Origin: Escherichia coli
Lineage (GTDB): Bacteria > Pseudomonadota > Gammaproteobacteria > Enterobacterales > Enterobacteriaceae
Assembly (NCBI RefSeq): GCF_048403405.1
Contig: NZ_CP183129.1
Direction: 5' to 3' (one strand)
DNA: 64,000 bases
A program made the position numbers and the translations under genes. The notes beneath the pieces are model-generated. The model was given only the letters and a program-made list of their open reading frames with translations, did no database searches and was not told where the DNA came from. This document shows, in pieces, positions 19,376 through 34,163 of this stretch (positions are counted from its first letter, which is position 1; each line of letters begins with the position of its first letter).

Positions 19376-19950
19376 CGCTTTATTACCATTCTCAGTTGAT
19401 GCTGCAGCGCATAGCCCAGCTCTTTCGGAAGACGCTCACGCCGTATCCGCTCAATATTTTGTTTAAACGCCGTGGTCAGCGGCACCGCCATCGGGATTTT
19501 CACTACATCAATGGGGTAACGGTTTTTCCCGGCCACACGCTGCATGACATGCCAGCGGCCATTTTTCAGTTGCTGAATAAACGCGCCGGGAATACGACGG
19601 TTTCCCACCACAAGCACGCTGCCGCCACCTTTCAGGGCTGAACGCTGCCCCTTTTTACGACGCCTGCGTCGGGACAGGACAATCCGCGCGTTACCCAGCT
19701 TGATTACGGGCAAATCCCCCCGGTTAACCTTGATTCTGGCCTGCGGATTTTTAACCGTAGCCCTTTTCAGCCTGGCCCTTTCCTTTACCAGTTTCCGGCG
19801 TACCTTTGTCTCACGGGCAACCTGTGACGCCGACTGCGATATCGCGGATGAAGCAACGCGGTTAATGGCCATTGCGGCGGCACCAGGCACCGCCGTTTTG
19901 CTGATACGGCTGAGGTTTTCAACGGCCTGCTCAAGACCTTTTATGGCCAT
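19372..19950 (-). CDS. Z: Tail completion protein Z
   Basis: 192 aa. MAIKGLEQAVENLSRISKTAVPGAAAMAINRVASS... is lambda Z-like. Confidence 0.92.
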   Translation of the reverse strand: MAIKGLEQAVENLSRISKTAVPGAAAMAINRVASSAISQSASQVARETKVRRKLVKERARLKRATVKNPQARIKVNRGDLPVIKLGNARIVLSRRRRRKKGQRSALKGGGSVLVVGNRRIPGAFIQQLKNGRWHVMQRVAGKNRYPIDVVKIPMAVPLTTAFKQNIERIRRERLPKELGYALQHQLRMVIKR

Positions 19951-19961
19951 ACATCCCCCTT

Positions 19962-20315
19962 TCAGCGGCGACGGTTAACGGCAGGCGGTACGCCCCGCCC
20001 AAGCCAGAGATGACAGCTTCCGCCATCATCCGGCGAAACACGATCTATCCAGAAGTTTTCCTCACCGATGGTCAGCGTGTCTCCACGCCGCAGTTGCCGC
20101 ACATCATCAGTCCGGACAAACAGGGACGGGCTGGAGCCTTCAACGCGCACGCCCTGTCCGGCATAGCTGATATTTTCAGGGTCATCAAAAACACCACGTA
20201 TCACAGCACCGGACTGCTCACCGGATGTCATGGTGGCTGACGTTCCCATGTACCCGCGTATCGTTTCATCAGCGCGGGCAATGGCAGCATCGAACAGGTT
20301 ATCGAAATCAGCCAC
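19962..20315 (-). CDS. FII: Head-tail joining protein FII
   Basis: 117 aa. MADFDNLFDAAIARADETIRGYMGTSA... is lambda FII-like. Confidence 0.92.
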   Translation of the reverse strand: MADFDNLFDAAIARADETIRGYMGTSATMTSGEQSGAVIRGVFDDPENISYAGQGVRVEGSSPSLFVRTDDVRQLRRGDTLTIGEENFWIDRVSPDDGGSCHLWLGRGVPPAVNRRR

Positions 20316-20326
20316 AGCGCCTCCCG

Positions 20327-20725
20327 TTATTGCATTCTGGCCAGGCCACGTTCTGTCATTTCGGCTGCCACACCGGCAGAGACACGAAACGCCGTTCCCG
20401 GCAGCACAAATGCCACAGGTTTATCCCGCGTGGCGTGAAGTGCATCAGTATGCAGCGTCACCAGTGCCACGACCGTGACCAGTTCAGCCGTATCCTGAAT
20501 CACGGTATCCGGCTGCGCTGATACAGCCTCATTTTCATGCCCGGTCAGCACATTTTCCGGGCTGAGAGGGGTGTCCTGACCGGCAGTGTCACCCGTGTCA
20601 TCAAGCTCTTCTTCCAGCTCTGCCACACGGAGCGCCAGTTCTTCTTTCGTCCCCGTCAGGCTGACATCACGGTTCAGTTGTTCACCCAGCGAGCGGAGAC
20701 GGGCAATCAGTTCATCTTTCGTCAT
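20327..20725 (-). CDS. FI: DNA packaging / head completion protein FI
   Basis: The start is at internal ATG 20725 (MTKDELIARLRSLGEQLNRDVSLTGTKEELA...), giving 132 aa as in lambda. Confidence 0.9.
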   Translation of the reverse strand: MTKDELIARLRSLGEQLNRDVSLTGTKEELALRVAELEEELDDTGDTAGQDTPLSPENVLTGHENEAVSAQPDTVIQDTAELVTVVALVTLHTDALHATRDKPVAFVLPGTAFRVSAGVAAEMTERGLARMQ

Positions 20726-20766
20726 GGACTTCTCCACAGAGAGACAATGGCCCCGAAGGGCCATGA

Positions 20767-21792
20767 TTACGCCAGTTGTACGGACACGAACTCATCAGGA
20801 TCAGCCAGCAGCATCAGCGGTGCTGACTGAATCATGGTGAACTCACGCGCCGGATCGCCGGTGGTCACCCAGTTTTTCGGGTAACGGGCAGAGGCGTTAA
20901 TGCCTTCGCGCTGTGCGTCCGCATCCTGAATGCAGCCATAGGTGCGCAGACCGCGAGCCTGAGTGTTCCCCAGCACCATCGTGTTGTCCGGCAGGAAGTT
21001 CTTTTTGACGCCGTTTTCCACGTACTGTCCGGAATACACGACGATGGCCACATCGCCATACATTCCCTTATAGGACACCGCTTTGCCCAGGTCTTTTACC
21101 GCTGTCTCCAGCTCGGAATGAGAGCCGCGACGGGTATCCAGCTTCTCCTTGACGGCTTTGAAGGAACGGAACAGCGCCCAGCCTTTCGGGTCAAACACGA
21201 TGATATTCACCACACCGCTGGCGTTCAGCGCGTAGGCTTCGATATCGTCGGTCGGGTCATACGTGGACTTGTCACGCTTGCTCCACTCCGTGCCGCCGGA
21301 CTGCGTGATGTTATTCGCCTCACTGCGGCCCATATCCACCTCAACCGGATCGAAGGCTTCACCGGTCATGGTATATTTGCCCTTAAGCACGGCAGAAACT
21401 GCCTGCATCTCTTCGACCTGGGCAATCGCCAGATTTTCATCCAGCATATTCTGCCGAATAATACGGCGACGACGGTAAGCCGGGTCAGCCAGGTTCTGCG
21501 GATCTTCATCCGGCAGGCGACGCAGGGTCATCTGCGGATTCACCTCATGCTTGGGTTTGACATAACCCGGCGTAAATTCAGAGGTGGAGCCGCCACGGGA
21601 TCGGATAACCTCACCGGAAACAATCGGCGAAACGTACAGCGCCATGTTTACCAGTCCCGGAATTTGTGAGAGATAGACTTTTTCCGTGGTGAAAGGATAG
21701 GTTTCACGGAAAAACAGGCGCAGAAACAGCGGATCGAACTTAAAGTGATGCTGGGTCGATGCCAGTAATTCTGCAGTTGTATATACAGACAT
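20767..21792 (-). CDS. E: Major capsid protein E
   Basis: 341 aa. ...FKFDPLFLRLFFRE.YPFTTEKVYLSQIPGLVNMALYVSPIVSGEV... is lambda E-like. Confidence 0.95.
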   Translation of the reverse strand: MSVYTTAELLASTQHHFKFDPLFLRLFFRETYPFTTEKVYLSQIPGLVNMALYVSPIVSGEVIRSRGGSTSEFTPGYVKPKHEVNPQMTLRRLPDEDPQNLADPAYRRRRIIRQNMLDENLAIAQVEEMQAVSAVLKGKYTMTGEAFDPVEVDMGRSEANNITQSGGTEWSKRDKSTYDPTDDIEAYALNASGVVNIIVFDPKGWALFRSFKAVKEKLDTRRGSHSELETAVKDLGKAVSYKGMYGDVAIVVYSGQYVENGVKKNFLPDNTMVLGNTQARGLRTYGCIQDADAQREGINASARYPKNWVTTGDPAREFTMIQSAPLMLLADPDEFVSVQLA

Positions 21793-21847
21793 AAATTATT
21801 TCCATAAAAAAAGCCGCACAGGCGGCCTTTGTTGATGAAGGGGAAGA

Positions 21848-22180
21848 TTAAACGATGCTGATTGCCGTTCCGGCAAACGCGGTCCGTTTTTTCGTCTCGT
21901 CGCTGGCAGCCTCCGGCCAGAGCACATCCTCATAACGGAACGTGCCGGACTTGTAGAACGTCAGTGTGGTGCTGGTCTGGTCAACAGCAACCGCCAGAAT
22001 GCCAACGGCTGCACCGTCGGTGGTGCCATCCCACACAACCAGCTTACGGGTAGTGCCATCCAGCATCAGTGGGGTCATTGCAGGCGTTTTCGCACTCAAT
22101 CCGCCAGGCGCAATTGCTGTATGAGCCGGATCACTGTTACCCAGCGGCTGGTAATGGTTAAACTCTTCTTTTGTCGCCAT
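21848..22180 (-). CDS. D: Head decoration protein D
   Basis: 110 aa. ...[30 protein letters not shown]...[11 protein letters not shown] is lambda D-like. Confidence 0.93.
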   Translation of the reverse strand: MATKEEFNHYQPLGNSDPAHTAIAPGGLSAKTPAMTPLMLDGTTRKLVVWDGTTDGAAVGILAVAVDQTSTTLTFYKSGTFRYEDVLWPEAASDETKKRTAFAGTAISIV

Positions 22181-22189
22181 AACTGCCTC

Positions 22190-22807
22190 TTATACCGGTA
22201 AAGCTTCAGGTGTATTAAGTAATTCTTTATTGGTATCAGATGCCAGGTTACCTGCAGCCAGCGGTGCCGCTGCACCCTGCATCAGACGATCCAGCGCAGT
22301 GTCACTGCGCGCCTGTGCACTCTGTGGTGCTGCGGCCAGAATGCGGCGGGCCGTTTCCACGGTCATTCCGGGGGTTTCTGCCAGAACGCGCGCCTGTTCT
22401 TCGCGTCCGTGAGCCTCCTCACAGTTGAGGATCCCCATAATGCGGCTGTTTTCTGCCGCAACCGCTGCGGTGATCTGTGCGTTCACATCCGGCTGCGCCG
22501 CGCTGGCGTTTTCGCCCTCCTTCGCAGGCTCCACGGTGGTGATGTCAGCCTGCGAAGCAGTGGCTGAAACAGTTGTTGATTGAGTCTCTTTGGTCATTCG
22601 CCCTCCTGAGAGACGGGATTTACGTGCATCCAGTGCATCACGCATGACGGTGATCGCATCGGTGCTGTTAACAAGTTCATCAGCCAGTCCGGCATCAATG
22701 GCCTCCTGACCGCTGTACACTGCAGCCTCGGTATCCAGCACAGCCTGCACAGACAGGCCGGTATATGCCGACACCTTCTGCGCAAACATCTGGCGGGTTG
22801 CATCCAT
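22190..22807 (-). CDS. Nu3: Scaffold protein Nu3 (in-frame internal start within C)
   Basis: The internal ATG at 22807 (MDATRQMFAQKV...) is at the same relative position as lambda Nu3 (residue 239 of C). Confidence 0.7.
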   Translation of the reverse strand: MDATRQMFAQKVSAYTGLSVQAVLDTEAAVYSGQEAIDAGLADELVNSTDAITVMRDALDARKSRLSGGRMTKETQSTTVSATASQADITTVEPAKEGENASAAQPDVNAQITAAVAAENSRIMGILNCEEAHGREEQARVLAETPGMTVETARRILAAAPQSAQARSDTALDRLMQGAAAPLAAGNLASDTNKELLNTPEALPV

Positions 22808-23501
22808 CCGGGACTGCAGTGTTTCCCGGACGTCATCCGGAAGATGGCTGTAGGGGTTGCCATCCACCTTATGGCTGCCGCTGTAAATCAGCGTGATTTC
22901 CACGCCCTGTTTCTCCAGCGCAGCACCGTAATTGCTGTGAGCCATCATGACGCCGATGGAGCCTGTCCGGGCGGTCTGCGTGACCAGGCGCCGGGAAGCG
23001 GCACTGGCAAGCAACTGACCTGCACTGCAGTTCATGTCGTTGGCAAGCGCCCATACCGGTTTTATGTCACGCACACGGGCGATGATGTCAGCGCAGTCAA
23101 ATGCCCCCGCCACCATCCCGCCGGGCGTGTCCATATCGAGCAGAATGCCGTCCACCATCGGATCGCTGGCAGCCTGTTGCAGACGGGCGATAATGCCGTT
23201 GTAACCGGTCATCCCCGAATACGGCTGCAGCGCCCGCGTCCGGCTGACCAGCGTGCCGGAAACCGGCAGCACGGCGATGCCGTTCATGACCTGATAACTG
23301 CGGGCCTGTCGTGGCCCGCCATCATCACCGGATAACGCCAGCGTCGCGGGTGCCTCTCCGGCAGCCAAGCTGTCACCGGACACCGCATCCGTCAGGCGGC
23401 TGATCCCAAGCTGACCTGCAAGTGCACAAAAGAAAACCCGCGCATAGGCGGGTTCAAGCATCAGCGGCTCATTAAAGGCCATGCTGGCAATATGCGGGAG
23501 A

Positions 23502-23521
<20 letters not shown>
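22190..23521 (-). CDS. C: Head maturation protease C (S49/ClpP-like)
   Basis: The GTG start at 23521 gives (M)TAELRNLPHIASMAFNEPLMLEPAYARVFF..., as in lambda C. The longer track ORF is an upstream extension that overlaps B. Confidence 0.88.
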
Positions 23522-27202
<3,681 letters not shown>

Positions 27203-27228
<26 letters not shown>

Positions 27229-27748
27229 TCAGCAACCCCGGTATCAGTTCATCCAGCGCGGCTGCTTTGTTCATGGCTTTGATGATATCCCGTTTCAGGA
27301 AATCAACATGTCGGTTTTCCAGTTCCGGAAAACGCCGCTGCACCGACAGGGGGATCCCGTCGAGAATACTGGCAATTTCACCTGCGATCCGCGACAGCAC
27401 GAAAGTACAGAATGCGGTTTCCACCACTTCAGCGGAGTCTCTGGCATTTTTCAGCTCCTGTGCGTCGGCCTGCGCACGCGTAAGTCGATGGCGTTCGTAC
27501 TCAATAGTCCCTGGCTGGAGATCTGTCTCGCTGGCCTGCCGCAGTTCTTCAACTTCCCGGCGCAGCTTTTCGTTCTCAATTTCAGCATCCCTTTCGGCAT
27601 ACCATTTTATGACGGCGGCAGAGTCATAAAGCACCTCATTACCCTTGCCACCGCCTCGCAGAACGGGCATTCCCTGTTCCTGCCAGTTCTGAATGGTACG
27701 GATACTCGCACCGAAAATGTCAGCCAGCTGCTTTTTGTTGACTTCCAT
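27203..27748 (-). CDS. Nu1: Terminase small subunit Nu1
   Basis: 181 aa. MEVNKKQLADIFGASIRTIQNWQEQGMPV... is lambda Nu1. Confidence 0.95.
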
Positions 27749-27749
27749 T

Positions 27750-27960
27750 GTTCATTCCACGGACAAAAACAGAGAAAGGAAACGACAGAGGCCAAAAAGC
27801 TCGCTTTCAGCACCTGTCGTTTCCTTTCTTTTCAGAGGGTATTTTAAATAAAAACATTAAGTTATGACGAAGAAGAACGGAAACGCCTTAAACCGGAAAA
27901 TTTTCATAAATAGCGAAAACCCGCGAGGTCGCCGCCCCGTAACCTGTCGGATCGCCGGAA
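27750..27960 (-). other. cos region; the cosN 12-nt cohesive-end sequence is at 27926-27937
   Basis: The minus strand reads ...CCGACAGGTTACG|GGGCGGCGACCT|CGCGGGTTTTCGCTATTTATGAAAATTTTCCGG.... This is the remembered lambda right end, cohesive end and left end (cosB) sequence, just upstream of Nu1. Confidence 0.9.
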
Positions 27961-28136
27961 AGGACCCGAAAAATGATAATAATTATCATCTACATATCAC
28001 AACGTGCGTGTACGCCATCAAACCACGTCAAATAATCAATTATGACGCAGGTATCGTATTAATTGATCCGCATCAACTTAACGTAAAAACAACTTCAGAC
28101 AATACAAATCAGCAACACAGAATACGGGACAACCTC

Positions 28137-28331
28137 ATGTCAACGAAGAACAGAACCCGCAGAACAACAACCCGCAACATCCGCTTTCCTAACCAAATGA
28201 TTGAACAAATTAACATCGCTCTTGATCAAAAAGGGTCCGGGAATTTCTCAGCCTGGGTCATTGAAGCCTGCCGTCGGAGACTAACGTCAGAAAAGAGAGC
28301 ATATACATCAATCAAAAGTGATGAAGAATGA
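28137..28331 (+). CDS. Small ribbon-helix-helix-like protein (homologue of the lambda right-end ORF; YlcI/YnfO-like)
   Basis: The internal ATG 28137 gives MSTKNRTRRTTTRNIRFPNQMIEQINIALDQKGSGNFSAWVIEACRRRL.... The 5' part of the 155-aa track ORF crosses cosN and is rejected. Confidence 0.6.
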   Translation: MSTKNRTRRTTTRNIRFPNQMIEQINIALDQKGSGNFSAWVIEACRRRLTSEKRAYTSIKSDEE

Positions 28332-28581
28332 ATATCCCGGTTTCTTTACCTCCCCTCCCACCCCGCACAGGACTGGCGAGCGTGTGGGACAAATATGTGA
28401 GTCATAAACGCCTTATCCTCAGAAATGCAGTTGGCATCCGAACAGGACGATATTGTAAATTCACCTAATTACGAGGCATTGCAGTAGTTGAATTGTAGTT
28501 CTGTATTAGCCTGACAGTGACAGAATGCGATATTGACTCTGTCACAGGTGAAATAGTTTGAATGGTTAGCAGTTATGGTGA

Positions 28582-28788
28582 TCAGTCAACCACCAAGGAA
28601 TAATCCTTCGAATTCTTATCGTGCTTCACCAACGCTGCCTCAATTGCCCTGAATGCTTCCAGAGACACTTGATGTTCTATACATGCAATTACAACATCCG
28701 GGTAACCCATCGAAATGGTGCTATTAAGCATAGTTTTTACACGAATCTGCTCCTGGGAGGGGGCATCAGTGTATTGATCTTTATGCAT
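28582..28788 (-). CDS. Hypothetical protein conserved at the lambda right end
   Basis: 68 aa. ...[49 protein letters not shown] matches an ORF I remember from the lambda right arm. Confidence 0.6.
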   Translation of the reverse strand: MHKDQYTDAPSQEQIRVKTMLNSTISMGYPDVVIACIEHQVSLEAFRAIEAALVKHDKNSKDYSLVVD

Positions 28789-29083
28789 TTTGTCGCTCCA
28801 TGCGTTTGCTCTTCACTTGCGGCTAAAAATATAACGTCAAATCACTCAGCATGAAAGAGTGAAAGTTTCAGCGCGTTTCCCTTACATAATCTGTCATTTG
28901 TATTCTCTTCAGGCATACCGGAAAGACTAGGTATTGTCACACAACCAATACCATCGACAATCGAGATTTATATCTATTCGGTAATGTTTAAATATAACAA
29001 AACCCCGTAAAAACGAGGTTTATGGGTAATTTGTATTGTTGAATAGCATCTGATGAGAAATTGATGCTAATACTATAAACATA

Positions 29084-29257
29084 CTAGATTAAATCAATCT
29101 TGATATCATAGCTTTCAAGACCAGTCATTTTTTCCCGTGCAGTAAACTGGATACTGGTAACTTCTTTCCCGGTCTTTTTCTTAAGCTCAATGATTTTTTT
29201 TGTTATATATTCAGAAATATCTGCTTCTGTTTTTGTTTTTAACTCTTCAATGTTCAT
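29084..29257 (-). CDS. GnsA/GnsB-family protein
   Basis: The internal ATG gives a 57-aa product. MNIEELKTKTEADISEYITKKIIELKKKTGKEVTSIQFTAREKMTGLESYDIKIDLI resembles remembered GnsB. Confidence 0.8.
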   Translation of the reverse strand: MNIEELKTKTEADISEYITKKIIELKKKTGKEVTSIQFTAREKMTGLESYDIKIDLI

Positions 29258-29429
29258 CATTTCCTCTTTTAGTCTGTTATGACTTTCCTGGTACACAGTA
29301 GTGTCAATTATATGGAGCAAACGTATAAAAGATAAGATGAAACATCGCAATAATCAACATACGACGGTCTAAATTTCACACAAACAGATAAAGATGATTA
29401 TCATTTATTATCAATGCATTAGAATCAAA

Positions 29430-29660
29430 TCAATTCAAGAGTCTCATTGCTGCTTCCAGAATTTCTTCTGAAGTTACATGTCGATCCGCTGCTACATAAA
29501 TGACTTTATGATCTCCGGTCAGAGATGGAAACCCTGCAGCCATTACAGTGAGGTGTGTTGTTTCGCCATTTGGATATTCACGCATGATGGTGTTAACTCC
29601 GGTCATCACTGGCACTACCATTGCTGGTTCAGAGTTAAAAAAAACTATTATTTTTTTCAT
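29430..29660 (-). CDS. YnfN-family cold-shock-induced protein (longer N-terminus than K-12 YnfN)
   Basis: The C-terminal 51 aa, MREYPNGETTHLTVMAAGFPSLTGDHKVIYVAADRHVTSEEILEAAMRLLN, match remembered YnfN. The ATG at 29660 (MKKIIVFF...) gives 76 aa. Confidence 0.7.
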   Translation of the reverse strand: MKKIIVFFNSEPAMVVPVMTGVNTIMREYPNGETTHLTVMAAGFPSLTGDHKVIYVAADRHVTSEEILEAAMRLLN

Positions 29661-29931
29661 AATGTTACCGTAATATGTGAGTATCCATCGACTAGACACT
29701 AAGCAAAAAAGCTCCCGAAGGAGCCTTCATTTTCACTTTCTTAAATCTAACGACAGACGGCTAACATTTAAGTATTGTGAAATATTATCAAATGTAATCA
29801 TCATTGATTTACAAAAGATACATTTTGCCCCGAAAGGATTCCTGTCAGAAACATCAAAAGATGATGTTCTATACTGAGAACCATGGCAACACGGGCATCT
29901 AAAGTGAATATGGTTTGTAATATTTTCTACC

Positions 29932-30144
29932 TCAAAGTGCCACTACATGAACAGCCGCGGGGCCTTTAGGTCCGTTCTCAATACCAAATTCGACTTCCTG
30001 ATTCTCAGTTAACGTTTTGAAATCGTTGCTCTGAATAGCTGAGAAATGGACAAACACATCTTTGCTACCATCTTTCGGCGTGATGAAACCAAAACCTTTT
30101 TCAGGGTTAAACCATTTCACTAAACCAGTCATTTTGTTAGACAT
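29932..30144 (-). CDS. cspI: Cold-shock protein CspI
   Basis: [70 protein letters not shown] contains the CSD RNP1 and RNP2 motifs. Confidence 0.92.
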   Translation of the reverse strand: MSNKMTGLVKWFNPEKGFGFITPKDGSKDVFVHFSAIQSNDFKTLTENQEVEFGIENGPKGPAAVHVVAL

Positions 30145-30508
30145 CATTATTACCTTTTGAAGAAGTTAGCCCTTGGGCAGAATGGTCCGAAAAAAAAATA
30201 TCAGAGAGAAAAACCAACAAGGAAATCTCAAGAGGTACAAATAATAAATTTATAACAATGACTGCTTCAGATAATTTTGTAACAAACCAGAACACCATTA
30301 ACGCATGATTAACCAACCATAGCAAGGATTACTTTTGTAAAGAAAAACACACGAATGAAACAATAGCTTTATTTATTAATAAAACGTGTCATTCTGTCTA
30401 ATGACCTTTTATCTTACCCTTAAGATTTCAAGGATTTTGACTCATGGAAGAGTCCTTTTTATTTAAATTTCACATTCAGCGCTAAAAATAATCCGATTTA
30501 ATATTAAT

Positions 30509-31536
<1,028 letters not shown>

Positions 31537-31649
31537 GGATATTTATCAGGATTTATCGGCTTCAAATCCCTGGATATGTTAAATCTTACCTCACCAGTGA
31601 TGGGCACTGGCGGGAGGAGGATGTCAATCTGATAAACACAGAGGTGACT

Positions 31650-31910
31650 ATGGATTACACAAATCTACCAAAACAAACTTTTGCTGATTTAATCGCACTC
31701 AGGCAAGCAGTCGTAGCCCTAATCAACTTGTTGCCGGAGAAGGAAAAGGAATTAGTTAAAGCGCTTCTTAACAGAACTGCCGCCGATTTTTCATCATATC
31801 CACTGACAGATGACCTTGCGGACCTTCCTGAATTAATTGCAGCGTCCGCCATTAAGCTTACTGAAGAGATTTACCCTCCTCAAAAATCTTCACAAAATTC
31901 CTGCGAGTAA
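31650..31910 (+). CDS. Hypothetical protein encoded antisense to the lysis cassette
   Basis: The ATG at 31650 follows AGAGG with a 5-nt spacer. It fills the 320-bp gap between the DUF1327-like gene and the endolysin, and overlaps the 3' end of the former by 53 nt. Confidence 0.4.
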   Translation: MDYTNLPKQTFADLIALRQAVVALINLLPEKEKELVKALLNRTAADFSSYPLTDDLADLPELIAASAIKLTEEIYPPQKSSQNSCE

Positions 31911-32409
31911 CTTCAATGCAATAATCGTAAAACGCCGCAAACTGCTCATCGCGGCGTTTTTTTTCATCTTCAGAAGGAATCAGCACCGACAATTTTTTAT
32001 TCAGATCAGCGACGCTGCCCTCCAGTTTTTCAATGGGCGATTCAATATCATCTTTTTCTGACCGCAATGCCGTCGGTGGCGTCTTCAGAGAACCAGTAAT
32101 TCTTCCCGGTAGCTTTCCTTTGTAGGTTATCCACACATTCTGCGCCTCTAAAATTATGGGGCGCTTTTCCGGCGACTGCTCATCCCCTTCACATAACCCG
32201 GCTGCAACTTCCAGGAAGACCTGTCTGATGCTCCTTCTGGCTGCTGCCTCATAAAACTCCAGCGCGGCACCTTCAACACGGTCCAGCGAGATGTCCAGGT
32301 CAAAAATTTCACCGTCAAAGCGTTTTTTGTCCCTTAATGCTACAGTTACCGCAACTTTATTCTCAAAATTGCGGATCCCTTTCACAATCAGTTCATAGTT
32401 TTGTGTCAT
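31858..32409 (-). CDS. DUF1327 (YdfR-like) protein with divergent C-terminal half
   Basis: The ATG at 32409 follows GGGAGAG. MTQNYELIVKGIRNFENKVAVTVALRDKKRFDGEIFDLDISLDRVEGAALEFYEAAARRSIRQVFLEVA matches remembered K-12 YdfR (103 aa). This protein is 183 aa. Confidence 0.75.
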   Translation of the reverse strand: MTQNYELIVKGIRNFENKVAVTVALRDKKRFDGEIFDLDISLDRVEGAALEFYEAAARRSIRQVFLEVAAGLCEGDEQSPEKRPIILEAQNVWITYKGKLPGRITGSLKTPPTALRSEKDDIESPIEKLEGSVADLNKKLSVLIPSEDEKKRRDEQFAAFYDYCIEVTRRNFVKIFEEGKSLQ

Positions 32410-32413
32410 TGAA

Positions 32414-32629
32414 TTACTCTCCCCGTGCAACCTTACGCTTGTCTTCTTTAATCTTGAAATAAAGGTTTGTCAGGTACGTCAGCAAGCCAAATACCAGACT
32501 ACCCAGCACACCGATTGCAGCCCACTGTGACGGAGTTACTTTATCGAGTAACTGCAATGCCCAGAAACCAGCATTACCAGCCGATGTGCCATAGGCGATA
32601 CCTGTTGTTAACTTATCCATTGATTTCAT
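32414..32629 (-). CDS. Class II holin / pinholin (S21, EssQ/EssD type) with a dual-start MKSM motif
   Basis: 71 aa. [66 protein letters not shown] matches remembered S21. Confidence 0.9.
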   Translation of the reverse strand: MKSMDKLTTGIAYGTSAGNAGFWALQLLDKVTPSQWAAIGVLGSLVFGLLTYLTNLYFKIKEDKRKVARGE

Positions 32630-32847
32630 ATCCTCACCCCGATGTACACAGATGGTGCAATATGTTTGAAAAGATCGGAGTCTATGGGGTAGTTTTTATA
32701 GCAAACGTTGTTCTCAACGGCGCTAAAAAACAGACACATTAAAAATGTGGGTAATTATTTTAAAAGAAAATCATATGTTAAATAATAATACGAGATATGT
32801 TTTCATATTTAGTGTACTGTATACGGCCATTTATACAGGAAAAGCCT

Positions 32848-33018
32848 ATGTCAGAACGTAAAGACTCAAAATCACGCCGTAATTATCTCGTTAAATGTTC
32901 CTGCCCAAACTGCACCCAAGAGTCAGAACACAGTTTTTCAAGAATACAAAAAGGTGCCCTTTTGATCTGCCCTCATTGCAACAAAGTATTCCAGACAAAT
33001 CTTAAAGCTGTAGCTTGA
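32848..33018 (+). CDS. Small zinc-ribbon protein (YnfU-like)
   Basis: The internal ATG follows AGGA. The 56-aa product MSERKDSKSRRNYLVKCSCPNCTQ...ICPHCNKVFQ has two CxxC pairs. Confidence 0.65.
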   Translation: MSERKDSKSRRNYLVKCSCPNCTQESEHSFSRIQKGALLICPHCNKVFQTNLKAVA

Positions 33019-33080
33019 TTGATTTTATTCGTAACAAGTATTTTTTATATTTTAATAACATATTTAAAGCAGATAATAAA

Positions 33081-33100
33081 AAACCCGCCTGAGCGGGTTT
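33081..33100. terminator. Bidirectional hairpin terminator between the ynfU-like gene and cspB
   Basis: AAACCCGCctgaGCGGGTTT is flanked by A and T runs. Confidence 0.65.
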
Positions 33101-33381
33101 AATATTGTGGTACTTTTTGTGGGAGTCATCCACTTACGCACTTTGTTTTGCTATGCCAGCAGTTAGCTTCTGCTGTAAAACTATTCATGCAGCAAACCTG
33201 CACTTCACCACAATGGTTAGCATACTTTTCCTGATTAAGTTATTGCCAAATATGCTGGCCATTGTTTCATGTATTGGACCTCCTTACTATTTATTAAAGA
33301 GATCCAATATTCACCACTCTGTCTGTATCTCCACTCAGGCATCAGCCTTCTTCGTTATCGTATACAGACAAACTATGAATT

Positions 33382-33597
33382 TTAATCAGTAATTATGACA
33401 TTTGCTGCTGCAGGACCTTTAGCACCACTCTCTACAGAGAAGGTAACCTTTTGACCTTCAAATAAGGTTCGATAATTATCATTCTGAATCGCAGAAAAAT
33501 GCACAAACACATCTTTACTACCATCAACAGGAGAAATAAAGCCAAAACCTTTATCAGCGTTAAACCATTTTACTAAACCAGTCATTTTATTTGACAT
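33382..33597 (-). CDS. cspB: Cold-shock protein CspB
   Basis: [71 protein letters not shown]. Confidence 0.92.
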   Translation of the reverse strand: MSNKMTGLVKWFNADKGFGFISPVDGSKDVFVHFSAIQNDNYRTLFEGQKVTFSVESGAKGPAAANVIITD

Positions 33598-33896
33598 TCT
33601 ACATTCCTTAACTTGAGCCTTTCGGCATAAATGGCTTGTATAACAGAAACGACTTCGTACTTAATTGGAGAGACTCAAAGAAGGAATAAGTGAATAACAC
33701 CTGAAATGAGAACTGCTTTAGTAAACTACTTCGTATATCGTCTGTTCTTCAAACCGACGCAATCATTAACGCATAGTTGAACATATGAAGCAATGTTTAT
33801 TTTAGACATCCAGCCATCTTCAACCCCATCAAAAAACTATAGCTTTCTTCAGGAACGTGTGTATAGTGCGCCAAGTTATCAGTATTAAGGAATTTT

Positions 33897-34109
33897 TTGT
33901 CCCGTAAAATGACAGGAATTCTCAAAACCTTTGACGGCAAAAGCGGCAAAGGTCTTATAACCCCATCCGATGGTCGTATCGATGTCCAGCTTCATGTTTC
34001 AGCGCTCAATCTCCGCGATGCAGAAGAAATTACCACCGGATTACGCGTGGAATTTTGCCGGATAAATGGTCTGCGTGGACCATCAGCTGCCAATGTTTAC
34101 CTTTCATGA
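33897..34109 (+). CDS. cspF: Cold-shock-domain protein CspF/CspH type
   Basis: (M)[69 protein letters not shown]. The annotated start codon here is TTG, and an in-frame ATG lies 4 codons downstream. Confidence 0.8.
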   Translation: MSRKMTGILKTFDGKSGKGLITPSDGRIDVQLHVSALNLRDAEEITTGLRVEFCRINGLRGPSAANVYLS

Positions 34110-34163
34110 GCTATATTAAAGCTTTAACTTCAAGCCCCATCGAATCAAACATGGAGAGTTTTC

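Noticed and set aside
27864-28136. 5' extension of the 155-aa ORF across the cos site
   Set aside because: The extension runs through cosN and cosB, which is non-coding in lambda. Only the last 64 codons, from ATG 28137, correspond to the conserved small ORF.
33105-33392. 95-aa + strand ORF downstream of the ynfU-like gene
   Set aside because: It lies in the cspB 3' region with no RBS and odd composition. It overlaps the cspB stop region on the opposite strand and is likely spurious.
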